From the NCBI GenBank assembly GCA_050952725.1, contig JBMNLN010000001.1, forward strand, positions 482,487-546,486: a stretch of DNA of 64,000 nucleotides, written 5' to 3'. The stretch is from Bacilli bacterium. Lineage in GTDB: Bacteria; Bacillota_I; Bacilli_A; RFN20; CAG-826. Positions 55,834 through 64,000 of the stretch are shown here, piece by piece (the stretch's first letter is position 1; each line of letters opens with the position of its first letter). The notes under the pieces were generated by a model, which did no database searches, had not been told where the DNA came from, and saw only the letters and a list, made by a program, of their open reading frames with translations. The position numbers and the translations under genes are program-made.

Positions 55834-56625
55834 GTGATTATTTTGGATATTCATATTGCGTTTCATTCTTCTGGTAGTTTTATCCATAATCCTTGCGAGG
55901 GAATAATGCATAAAAAAACACTCCCGTTTCTTTCAATTGTGCAAGCGGTAGATGGCGAATATGAAATCTGCCTAAACGATGGAGAAACTCTACATACAGG
56001 CGAGGGTGGTTTTTTTATTGCGCCCGCCTTTGCCCGCCAAACGATTGTCCATCACACTGGAAAAGAGTCGGGCACCATGACAGCAAGATGGTTTTTTTTA
56101 GATGTTGTTATCGATGGAAATACACGGCTTGACAATCTGTTTTGTTTTCCGTGCGTTATCCGTAAAAATGATGGAGTTGAGCTCAATCGGGTGTTTGACC
56201 GCTATTTTAATGCGCAAGATGATTTTGAACGGGTATGTTGCTATTACGAGGCGGTGCGGCTGATCGTTGGGTATGGCGAAAAGAAAAATGAGCCAGAAGA
56301 TCTGTTTATGCAAACGATAAAAACTTTTATAGCTGCACATTTTTCCGAAGAAATTCGCGTGAAAGATCTCGCGCGAGCAGTATCGATGTCAGAGTCAAAC
56401 TTTTATCCCGCGTTCAAAGCCCGTTTTTACTTGTCACCCAGCATTTTTCTCTCTCAATACCGCATTGCGGTTGCCGCACGTTTGTTATCGGGGAGCGATC
56501 AAAGCATTTGTCGCATTGCCGAAGCAGTCGGCATTCCCGACGCGACCTATTTTAGCCGTCTATTTCGTTTGAATATGGGAACTACCCCGACCGAATATAG
56601 AAAACTGTTTCAAAAAAAAGCCTGA
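55834..56625 (+). CDS. AraC-family transcriptional regulator
   Basis: C-terminal IAEAVGIPDATYFSRLFRLNMGTTPTEYR; divergent from the GRE gene; the start could instead be ATG 55907. Confidence 0.9.
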   Translation: MIILDIHIAFHSSGSFIHNPCEGIMHKKTLPFLSIVQAVDGEYEICLNDGETLHTGEGGFFIAPAFARQTIVHHTGKESGTMTARWFFLDVVIDGNTRLDNLFCFPCVIRKNDGVELNRVFDRYFNAQDDFERVCCYYEAVRLIVGYGEKKNEPEDLFMQTIKTFIAAHFSEEIRVKDLARAVSMSESNFYPAFKARFYLSPSIFLSQYRIAVAARLLSGSDQSICRIAEAVGIPDATYFSRLFRLNMGTTPTEYRKLFQKKA

Positions 56626-56759
56626 TAGCCACACATTAAAACCAAGTAGTTGCTTGGTTTTGATAAAATACAATTGGATGGAGAATATGTACATCAAAGA
56701 TAAACGCGAGTTATGTTAAAATAGCAATTGTTGATGAATAAAAGGAGCAGAATTGTTTT

Positions 56760-57137
56760 ATGAATCATTGGATGAAAATTCGCACTCCGTTCTTTGAAAA
56801 GATCGCTCGAGATCAAAAACATCTAGAAGTTCGCCTTTTTGATGCGAAAAGACGCGCTTTCAATCGCGGTGACATTATCACCTTTACGGATGAAGAAACT
56901 GGCAAAAGCCTTGATGTTCAAATTGAAGATTTATATATTTATCCAAACTTTCGTGCCCTTTTTTCCAAATTTCCATCTGAACAATTTGGTTTTGAAAAAA
57001 ATGCGACTATCGATGCCATGGTGGAATATATGTATACTATTTATCAACCTTGGGATGAAAGGCGTTATGGGGTGGTTGCGATTAAATTAAGTTTGTTAAA
57101 AAAGAGGAGAAACAATGATGCATCGAGTTTTGACTGA
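56760..57137 (+). CDS. ASCH domain protein
   Basis: FFEKI...KHLEVRL.D.KR..F..GD.I.F and YGVVAI. Confidence 0.85.
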   Translation: MNHWMKIRTPFFEKIARDQKHLEVRLFDAKRRAFNRGDIITFTDEETGKSLDVQIEDLYIYPNFRALFSKFPSEQFGFEKNATIDAMVEYMYTIYQPWDERRYGVVAIKLSLLKKRRNNDASSFD

Positions 57138-57489
57138 GGAAAATAGTGGGAGTTTGTTTGAAAAGCCATGGCAATCCTGGCTCTTTTTAGGCATCGTTCT
57201 TTTTGTTGCCTTTCTTATTTGGTGGTATTGGCGCTTCTTAAAAAAATATACGATTACCTATCATAGCGATAATCGGATTATTGAAATTAAAAAAGTGCGC
57301 GTCCGGACTGAATATCAAAATTTACCTCTTGATGCGCCAAAGGATGCAAAAGGAAGGAAGTTCTTAGGATGGTATACCTCTGCGCGTTTAGACGAACTTT
57401 TTGACGCGCCCGTAATGCCTGCCCACCATATCCATCTCTATGCAAGATGGGAAGAAAAAAACACTGATGAACAAAAAGAAATCAAATAG
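57115..57489 (+). CDS. Small membrane-anchored protein with an InlB B-repeat-like domain
   Basis: TM followed by YTITY...FLGWY...MPAHHIHLYARW. Confidence 0.72.
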   Translation: MMHRVLTEENSGSLFEKPWQSWLFLGIVLFVAFLIWWYWRFLKKYTITYHSDNRIIEIKKVRVRTEYQNLPLDAPKDAKGRKFLGWYTSARLDELFDAPVMPAHHIHLYARWEEKNTDEQKEIK

Positions 57490-58381
57490 GGCAAAAAAAT
57501 TAAGTCCGAAACCTAAACATGAAGTAACTGTAAGTAAGTCACAAGGACTTCTCGCTTTTGTTTTGGAAAATATTTCGGGAGAAAGTCGAAACAATCTCAA
57601 AAGTTATCTAAGACGTGGACAAATTACCGTGAATGGAGCGATGATTAAACAATTTGATTTTTTGTTATCTCCTGGTGATATTGTTCGGATTGAGCATACT
57701 TCGCAACGTCCCAAAACCTCTGGTCCAAATCTTGAAATAATTTATGAAGATGAATATTTGCTGGCGATTAATAAGCCTGCTGGCGTTCTTTCAGTGGCAA
57801 GTGATCAGGAACGCAAACGCACCGCATATGTTCTCGCTAATAATTATGTACAAACCAAAAATCCACGTGCTCGTGTGCATGTAGTTCACCGTCTCGATCA
57901 AGAAACTAGTGGAGTGCTCCTTTTTGCTAAAGATGAGGAGACGCGGAACATCTTACAGAAAAAATGGAATCAACTTGTAAAAAAACGCGGTTATTATGCA
58001 ATTACAATTGGAATTCCGCAACCAACAGAAGGCCGTTTAGAAGATTATCTTTTTACCAATGCGACCTCATTAATGTATGTTGGTAAAAAATCTCCCCAAA
58101 GTGTGTTGGCGATTACTAATTATAAAGTTAAACAGATCAAAGAGAATTTCGCCTTACTTGACATTGACATTGAAACTGGAAAGAAAAATCAAATTCGTGT
58201 TCAACTTAAGAATATTGGTTGCCCAATTGTTGGTGATAAGAAATATGAAAGCAAACTCGATCCCTTAAAAAGACTCGGACTTCACGCCTATGAACTTCGC
58301 CTTCGTCATCCTCGCAATGAACAGGACTTAAAACTTTCTGCTCCACTTCCTAGAGAATTTAAACAATTCATTGCAACCTAA
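57467..58381 (+). CDS. RluA-family pseudouridine synthase with S4 domain
   Basis: INKPAG, VHRLDQETSG, TGKKNQIR, PIVGD, LHAYEL. Confidence 0.93.
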   Translation: MNKKKSNRAKKLSPKPKHEVTVSKSQGLLAFVLENISGESRNNLKSYLRRGQITVNGAMIKQFDFLLSPGDIVRIEHTSQRPKTSGPNLEIIYEDEYLLAINKPAGVLSVASDQERKRTAYVLANNYVQTKNPRARVHVVHRLDQETSGVLLFAKDEETRNILQKKWNQLVKKRGYYAITIGIPQPTEGRLEDYLFTNATSLMYVGKKSPQSVLAITNYKVKQIKENFALLDIDIETGKKNQIRVQLKNIGCPIVGDKKYESKLDPLKRLGLHAYELRLRHPRNEQDLKLSAPLPREFKQFIAT

Positions 58382-58476
58382 TAACAAATTGTTTTTTTAA
58401 CATATAATCGGTGGGTATCTTTTAGAGATACTTTTTTGTATAATAAGTAAGCCAATAATGAATAAAAGGAGGGTTT

Positions 58477-60006
58477 ATGGGTAAAGCTTTATTGAAAAAT
58501 CTCAAAGAATCACTTCTTTCTATTCTCCCCTTAACCCTAGCGGTAGTCGTGCTTGCGCTTTTTCCTATTGTCAATATTAGCAGCGACGAATGGATTCGCT
58601 TGGTTATTGCTTTTTTCTTTTTAGTTATTGGGATGATGCTTTTTAACATCGGGACAAATAGTGCAATGTTACCGATGGGGGAATATCTTGGAGCGACAAT
58701 CGTTAAAAAAGGTCGGATTATTTTATTGATTGTCATCATCTTCATCATCGGTTTTCTTATTACGATGGTCGAACCAGTAGTTACGATTTTCGGTCAACAA
58801 ATACCGATTAATACATGGACTTTTGTGATTTTTGTCAGCATTGGCGTCGGGGTCTTTTTAGTTGTTTCCTTGCTGAGAATTATTTTTCAATGGTCACAAT
58901 CGGTAATGTTTATCCTTGGTTATGCCTCGATTTTTATGTTGCTCCATTTTGTTGATGCTGGCTATATCCCGATGGCTTTTGATTCTTCGGCATCGACAAC
59001 GGGGTTATTAACCATTCCTATTTTTATGGCACTCGGGGGTGGGGTTGCTAAAACGGCTGGTGGTGCCAAATCGCATGAAGATAGTTTTGGTATTATCGGA
59101 GGCGTAACTTTAGGCCCAATTTTGACTGTAACCATCCTAGGAATTTTTATTGCCAAACGTCCAATTTACCAAGCCGAAGTGATTCCTGATGTGACTATTT
59201 TGCAAGATGTTTTGCAAAACGCTTTTGAAAACGCAAAAAGTTCGATTATCGTCCTCGCACCTTTAGCTCTGTTCTTTTTGGCTTTTCAACGGCTTAATAT
59301 TCGCTTGCCTAAAAAGCAAATTAGGCGGATTTTGATTGGTCTTGGTATCACGACATTTGGGATTATTTTCTTCTTAACTGGGGCGACTATTGGTTATGTT
59401 CCCCTAGGGCGTGCACTTGGAAAACAATTAGGCGAAGGAAAATTTGAAATCGTATTATTGATTGGTTTTCTCTTTGGTTTAGTGGTTGCGGTCGCGGAAC
59501 CATCGGTCCATGTTTTAAGTCGTCAAGTTGAAGAAGTATCCGACGGAGCGATATCTTTTAGGACGATGGTTATCACGCTTTCCATCGGTCTTGCCCTTTC
59601 CATTTTACTTTCCTTAATCCGTATTCATTACAAGTTTTCAATTATTTATTATCTAGTTCCTGGGTTTGCTCTTGCGATTTTCTTAACCCGGTTAGTACCT
59701 AATATCTATACGGGAGTTGCCTTTGACTCAGGCGGTGCCGTCAGCGGTCCCTTAGCGGCCTCTTTTATCACCCCATTTGTCACTGGAGTGGCATTAGTTA
59801 ATCCGGATATCCCTGCGCATGACTTAGCCTTATACACCCTTGGGACAATGGCCATGGTAGCGATGATGCCTTTGGTGACAATTCAAATTCTCGGACTATC
59901 GACGACGATTAAAACGCGTCTGCGCCTGCGCCTGGCCTATCGTCGTGTCTACGAAGCGGATGATGAATTGATTATCTACTTCCCAATCGAGGAGGGAAAC
60001 GCATGA
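58477..60006 (+). CDS. DUF1538 double-domain membrane protein
   Basis: Two repeats with EP and (A)FDS(GG) motifs; followed by PII-like genes. Confidence 0.82.
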   Translation: MGKALLKNLKESLLSILPLTLAVVVLALFPIVNISSDEWIRLVIAFFFLVIGMMLFNIGTNSAMLPMGEYLGATIVKKGRIILLIVIIFIIGFLITMVEPVVTIFGQQIPINTWTFVIFVSIGVGVFLVVSLLRIIFQWSQSVMFILGYASIFMLLHFVDAGYIPMAFDSSASTTGLLTIPIFMALGGGVAKTAGGAKSHEDSFGIIGGVTLGPILTVTILGIFIAKRPIYQAEVIPDVTILQDVLQNAFENAKSSIIVLAPLALFFLAFQRLNIRLPKKQIRRILIGLGITTFGIIFFLTGATIGYVPLGRALGKQLGEGKFEIVLLIGFLFGLVVAVAEPSVHVLSRQVEEVSDGAISFRTMVITLSIGLALSILLSLIRIHYKFSIIYYLVPGFALAIFLTRLVPNIYTGVAFDSGGAVSGPLAASFITPFVTGVALVNPDIPAHDLALYTLGTMAMVAMMPLVTIQILGLSTTIKTRLRLRLAYRRVYEADDELIIYFPIEEGNA

Positions 60007-60431
60007 AACCAACACCAGTTACTCCACAGTCTCGGGCTTCAAAATTAAGGGTTGAAGACACCAAAAAACTCCAATTTGAAATCATGAAATTACTCGTGAT
60101 TATCGTCCCCGCTGGTTACGGTGATGTTTTTCAAAATTTCAATCGGGAAAAAGGGGTGGTTTTACAGATTCTCGATCGAGGAAGAGGCACGGCCACCCAA
60201 GATTTAATTGATCTTCTCGGACTTGCTGATAATAAAAAAGATGTTATCTTGGCATTGGTCAAAGATAGTGTTTTACCAGATATTCTCGGGTTTATTCATC
60301 AGAGATTTTTAATTAATCAAAAAGAGAAAGGAATCGCTTTTACAATTCCTTTAAGGGCATTAATCGGCTTGACTAACTATAAATTTTTAACCAATACACC
60401 TACGAGTCTAGGAGGTAAAATCAATGAGTGA
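60003..60431 (+). CDS. PII-like protein
   Basis: GRGTA T-loop start, KDVIL, GIAFTIPL. Confidence 0.75.
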   Translation: MKPTPVTPQSRASKLRVEDTKKLQFEIMKLLVIIVPAGYGDVFQNFNREKGVVLQILDRGRGTATQDLIDLLGLADNKKDVILALVKDSVLPDILGFIHQRFLINQKEKGIAFTIPLRALIGLTNYKFLTNTPTSLGGKINE

Positions 60432-60786
60432 TCAATCGCGTAAAGTTTTAATTGTCACTATTATTAATGCGGGCTTTGTCGATTTAGTGATGGATGCAGC
60501 CCGACGGGTTGGGGCAACTGGCGGAACTGTTTTGCACGGACGGGGAACTGGTAATCCTGAAATTGAAAAAACCTTTGGTATTACAATTCATCCCGATAAA
60601 GATATCGTCTTCATCGTCGTTGACCAAAGTAAAGAAGCTGACGTTTTAACCGCGATTTATCGCGGAGCAGGTCTTGAAACGCGTGGTCAAGGAATTGCTT
60701 TTTCCTTACCTTTGAGTGAAACCGTTGGTCTTCAACCTAGTGCGGAAACAATAAACAAGACTCCGTCGCAAGACGAGGCAAGTTAA
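60424..60786 (+). CDS. PII family regulator
   Basis: VMDAARRVGATGGTVLHGRGTG and GQGIAFSLP. Confidence 0.87.
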   Translation: MSDQSRKVLIVTIINAGFVDLVMDAARRVGATGGTVLHGRGTGNPEIEKTFGITIHPDKDIVFIVVDQSKEADVLTAIYRGAGLETRGQGIAFSLPLSETVGLQPSAETINKTPSQDEAS

Positions 60787-60807
60787 TAAAATTTAAAATA
60801 CAAAAAG

Positions 60808-63800
60808 ATGTTTAGCGAATCCAAATTAGACAAACTCATCAAGTTCAGTAAAGCCCTCTTCCTTGTGAGTGCGATTTTGACATTGCTTGGTATGCTTTGG
60901 ATGTCACTACATGTGAAGTTTGTCGCTAAGGGATTTACGGTGGCTTTGATTATTTTCATTGCCGATTTTGTCTTAGCTTGGTCCTTTGCGCTTGAAGGCC
61001 TTTTTTTCGATGCAAAGATTCTCAAACAAAAATGGAAAAATGGTCTCTCCCCTATACTCGCGGGAGCAATCATTGTTTATCTTATTGGTAATTGGTCTTC
61101 GCTAATTAATGAGGCCTATACTGCCTTGCCCTTTGTCACCATCCTTACCCTTATTTTTCTTTTCCTCGCTTTAATCGGTTCGCTAATCCATGCGGGAATC
61201 ACCACGTATTTTTTGGCAAAAGCCCTTAAAAACTCAGAGATTTCATGCGATGAACTGGTTGAAGAACAAAAAGTTATCGTCATTTCTAAGGGCGATTGGA
61301 AAGAGCGATTTAAAAGGTGGTGGGATAATTTCTTTACCCATTTCACAATTGGAAGCAAGGGATATTACATCTTGTTTTTGGGCATCTTAGCCATTTTTTA
61401 TTTTGCGGTGGCTCTCTTTAATAATCAATTCACGATTCCTCTAGGTGGTGATTATACCCAGCAGACAATTCCTTTTTATACTAACGGTTATGATGATTGG
61501 TGGCATTTCTTTAAAACAGGTGAGTTTCCCCTTTGGGATAGCAACACTAATCTCGGGGTCAATAATATCGGAGCAAACGCCTTTTATTATGTCTTAAATC
61601 CCTTTTTCCTTCCAATTCTTCTTTGTCCCCGTCCCTATATCGCTCAAGGAATCGCGGTCTTAATGATCGGGAAATTAATTCTTGCGGCTTTTACGATGCG
61701 CGCTTATCTCAAATATGTCGGGGTCAAGGAAAAAACAGCTCTCTTTTTTGGCTTAGCCTATGCTTTCTGTGGATGGAATACCTATTACCTGTGGTTCAAT
61801 CACTTTATGGAAGTAACCGTAGTTTTCCCATTAGTGTTCTTAGGAATCGAAAAAATATTAAAGGAGAAACGCCCGTTTTTACTCGCGGGCGCTTTAGCCT
61901 TGATGGGATTTACCAATTTCTTCTTTCTGGTAACTACCTGTATTGTGGGAGTAATCTATGCTGGATTCCGTTTTTTCCAGTTGATTAAAACGTGGAAAAA
62001 AATTGATTTCCTCATTATTCCTGTTCTTGGTATTCTGGGATTTGCTTTCGGATTGATGATTTCGGCAACTGTTCTTTTACCAGGAGTGATGATGTCAATG
62101 CAAAGCGATCGAGTTACGCGCGCAACCTATCTCGATAACCTAAAAACCGCTTTCTCCACACAGAACTGGAAGATATTTTTTGACTATGTTTTGAAATGGG
62201 AAACACAATCAGAAAGTTATACGTATAAAAAACTCTATCCGTTAGCGACTTTCTTCTTCCCGGTACTCTCCAATCGTTCTTCACCTATTTTTGCCACGTC
62301 AAGTTATGATAATACTATTTCTAGTCTTTTCCTTTATACTCCAGTGATGTTGCTTTTACTTCCGAGTATCATCCGTTCTATAACAAAGAGGAAGGTCTCG
62401 CATTTTATTGCTTTAGGTCTGATTGTTTTTGCGATCTTTACGCCATTTTCCTATCATTTTCTCCATGGGTTTACTAACGAATACGGAAGATGGCAGATTT
62501 TTGTTACCTTGATTTTAATCACTTATACTGCGAAAAATTTTGATGCGCGTGAAGAGATGCCAATATGGTATTTTGATCTTTCGGTCTTTGTTTTAATTTT
62601 AGGTGCCTATCTTACTTACAAGGCGGCTTTCCCCTATCAATTAGGACCGCGATTTGGTCCTTTGGAAGAACGCGAATACATTGTCTTTTATCAATTTACC
62701 GCCTTGCTAGTGGTCTACTTAATTTATCGTTTTGCTAAAGCGTCCCCTCACCTAAAGAAATATCTCCTTCTTTTCACCTCATTTGAAGTGATTTTGATGG
62801 GAAATATCACGATGATTGGTCACGGGACGATTTCCTTTCAAAACTCGGTAGGTGGTGGCATTGGTCGTGTCCGTGAAGAAACCGAAATTGTTAAAGGAAT
62901 CAATGCTGGCGATCAGAGTTTCTTTAGAATCTTTTCATCCTCTTCCTATCGCGGCAACGACAATATCGGGATGCGTGAAAACTTCAATGGGCTGGGCGCT
63001 TTTCACTCTTTATACAACTTTAAACTAATGAATTTTAATTCCTTCTCCCACGTCAACTACAACTATAATGGCTGGTCGATGGGAATTCAGGAAAAACGAT
63101 ATAACCTCGACACTTTTTTAGGAGTCAAATACTACATTGTCGATGTTAATGAAACTAAAATCTTCTATGTCAATGATAAAAAGGAGATTACCAAGGTCAT
63201 CGCTGCTCCTTATGATAATATTCCCTTTGGCTACACATTGCGCGATGAACTTTCAACCGCGCGTTATCGCGTTTATGAAAATAAACGCTTTATCGAATTA
63301 GGCAGCAGTTATACAACTTTAATGTCCCACAATTATTACTATGAAACCGAAACGGGCGAAGAGCTGAAGAGGTCGCGGTTTTATCGCAACTATGCGGAAG
63401 AGCCGGTGATCAATGAAGAGAAGTATCTTAGATATGCAATACTTGACGAAAAGGATTTGCAAGAAGTTTTAGAAACTTATCCAGAATTTAATCAGAAAGA
63501 ATACACTTACTCCATTGCGGACCACAGTTATTTAGCAAGCAGCACTTTGAATTCTCAAACTTATCACTGCAATTCAGGCTTCCCCTATGACCAAATCGGA
63601 ACAATTCAGACGAATCCAGGCTGTGAGATTGTTGCAACTGGCAAACTGAGCGCTTATAAAACGGGTGTTATCTATACTAAAAAAGATGGTACAAACTTCA
63701 CTAATGGACCCGCTCATCTTGTGTTCAAACTACGGACCACAGATTATGTTCGCATCTTTCTTTTTGATCAAGATGAAAACATCATCACTTTTGATGATCA

Positions 63801-64000
63801 CAACAATATCAATTCCCCTTTTAAATATATGCGTGGTTTTTATACCCCGGTTGCGGTAAAGTCGATCTTAGTTGTTCCAAAAGCAAGAGATATCGAACAT
63901 CTAGCTAATGCTCCCGTTATCTATATTCAACCAGAAGAGGGGACAATTGCACAATATAATCAACTAAAAGCCAATGGTTTTATCAATGTCTCACATTCTT
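60808..64000 (+). CDS. YfhO-family membrane protein (putative GT-C glycosyltransferase), 3'-truncated by window
   Basis: Not in the ORF track because it runs off the end. I translated it from ATG 60808: GGDYTQQ..PF, LG.N..GANAFY..LNPF, AYAFCGW, FHSLYN, LGVKYY; many TMs. Confidence 0.82.
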   Translation, partial: MFSESKLDKLIKFSKALFLVSAILTLLGMLWMSLHVKFVAKGFTVALIIFIADFVLAWSFALEGLFFDAKILKQKWKNGLSPILAGAIIVYLIGNWSSLINEAYTALPFVTILTLIFLFLALIGSLIHAGITTYFLAKALKNSEISCDELVEEQKVIVISKGDWKERFKRWWDNFFTHFTIGSKGYYILFLGILAIFYFAVALFNNQFTIPLGGDYTQQTIPFYTNGYDDWWHFFKTGEFPLWDSNTNLGVNNIGANAFYYVLNPFFLPILLCPRPYIAQGIAVLMIGKLILAAFTMRAYLKYVGVKEKTALFFGLAYAFCGWNTYYLWFNHFMEVTVVFPLVFLGIEKILKEKRPFLLAGALALMGFTNFFFLVTTCIVGVIYAGFRFFQLIKTWKKIDFLIIPVLGILGFAFGLMISATVLLPGVMMSMQSDRVTRATYLDNLKTAFSTQNWKIFFDYVLKWETQSESYTYKKLYPLATFFFPVLSNRSSPIFATSSYDNTISSLFLYTPVMLLLLPSIIRSITKRKVSHFIALGLIVFAIFTPFSYHFLHGFTNEYGRWQIFVTLILITYTAKNFDAREEMPIWYFDLSVFVLILGAYLTYKAAFPYQLGPRFGPLEEREYIVFYQFTALLVVYLIYRFAKASPHLKKYLLLFTSFEVILMGNITMIGHGTISFQNSVGGGIGRVREETEIVKGINAGDQSFFRIFSSSSYRGNDNIGMRENFNGLGAFHSLYNFKLMNFNSFSHVNYNYNGWSMGIQEKRYNLDTFLGVKYYIVDVNETKIFYVNDKKEITKVIAAPYDNIPFGYTLRDELSTARYRVYENKRFIELGSSYTTLMSHNYYYETETGEELKRSRFYRNYAEEPVINEEKYLRYAILDEKDLQEVLETYPEFNQKEYTYSIADHSYLASSTLNSQTYHCNSGFPYDQIGTIQTNPGCEIVATGKLSAYKTGVIYTKKDGTNFTNGPAHLVFKLRTTDYVRIFLFDQDENIITFDDHNNINSPFKYMRGFYTPVAVKSILVVPKARDIEHLANAPVIYIQPEEGTIAQYNQLKANGFINVSHS

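Noticed and set aside
60783-63859. Short ORFs listed in the last 3 kb
   Set aside because: All are shadows of the long YfhO-like frame that runs off the window end.

Overview
A 64-kb, AT-rich chromosomal segment using the standard code (TGA is a stop). It probably comes from an anaerobic low-GC Bacilli/Mollicutes-related organism; this is inference from the LemA plus MAG1210-like pair, insertion-bearing MsmX ATPases and many lipoproteins. Two carbohydrate-utilisation regions flank a housekeeping block (rlmD, metG, rpmE, lemA, HD and 2H proteins). The left region (1-21 kb) holds a GH3 C-terminus, a PnuC-like transporter, two DUF4838-like proteins, an atypical GH43 lipoprotein, two lipoproteins sharing an unrecognised repeated domain, a sugar ABC importer and an ArsR-type regulator. 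The right region (28-56 kb) holds an esterase, GH20, AraC, a sugar ABC importer, five genes built from an unrecognised DEP-motif barrel domain (3 copies) and a WCWPR module (8 copies), GH36, and a glycyl-radical enzyme with activase and AraC. A five-gene module occurs twice, once in each region: YesL/DUF624-like membrane protein, short ABC ATPase, 2-TM protein, membrane-anchored protein and MsmX with a coiled-coil insert. A candidate ~215-nt structured ncRNA with its own promoter and terminator lies at 32.2-32.45 kb. The right end has ASCH, RluA, DUF1538 with two PII-like proteins, and a truncated YfhO gene. I saw no rRNA, tRNA, CRISPR array or integrase/transposase. All family calls come from motif recognition by eye, not database searches.
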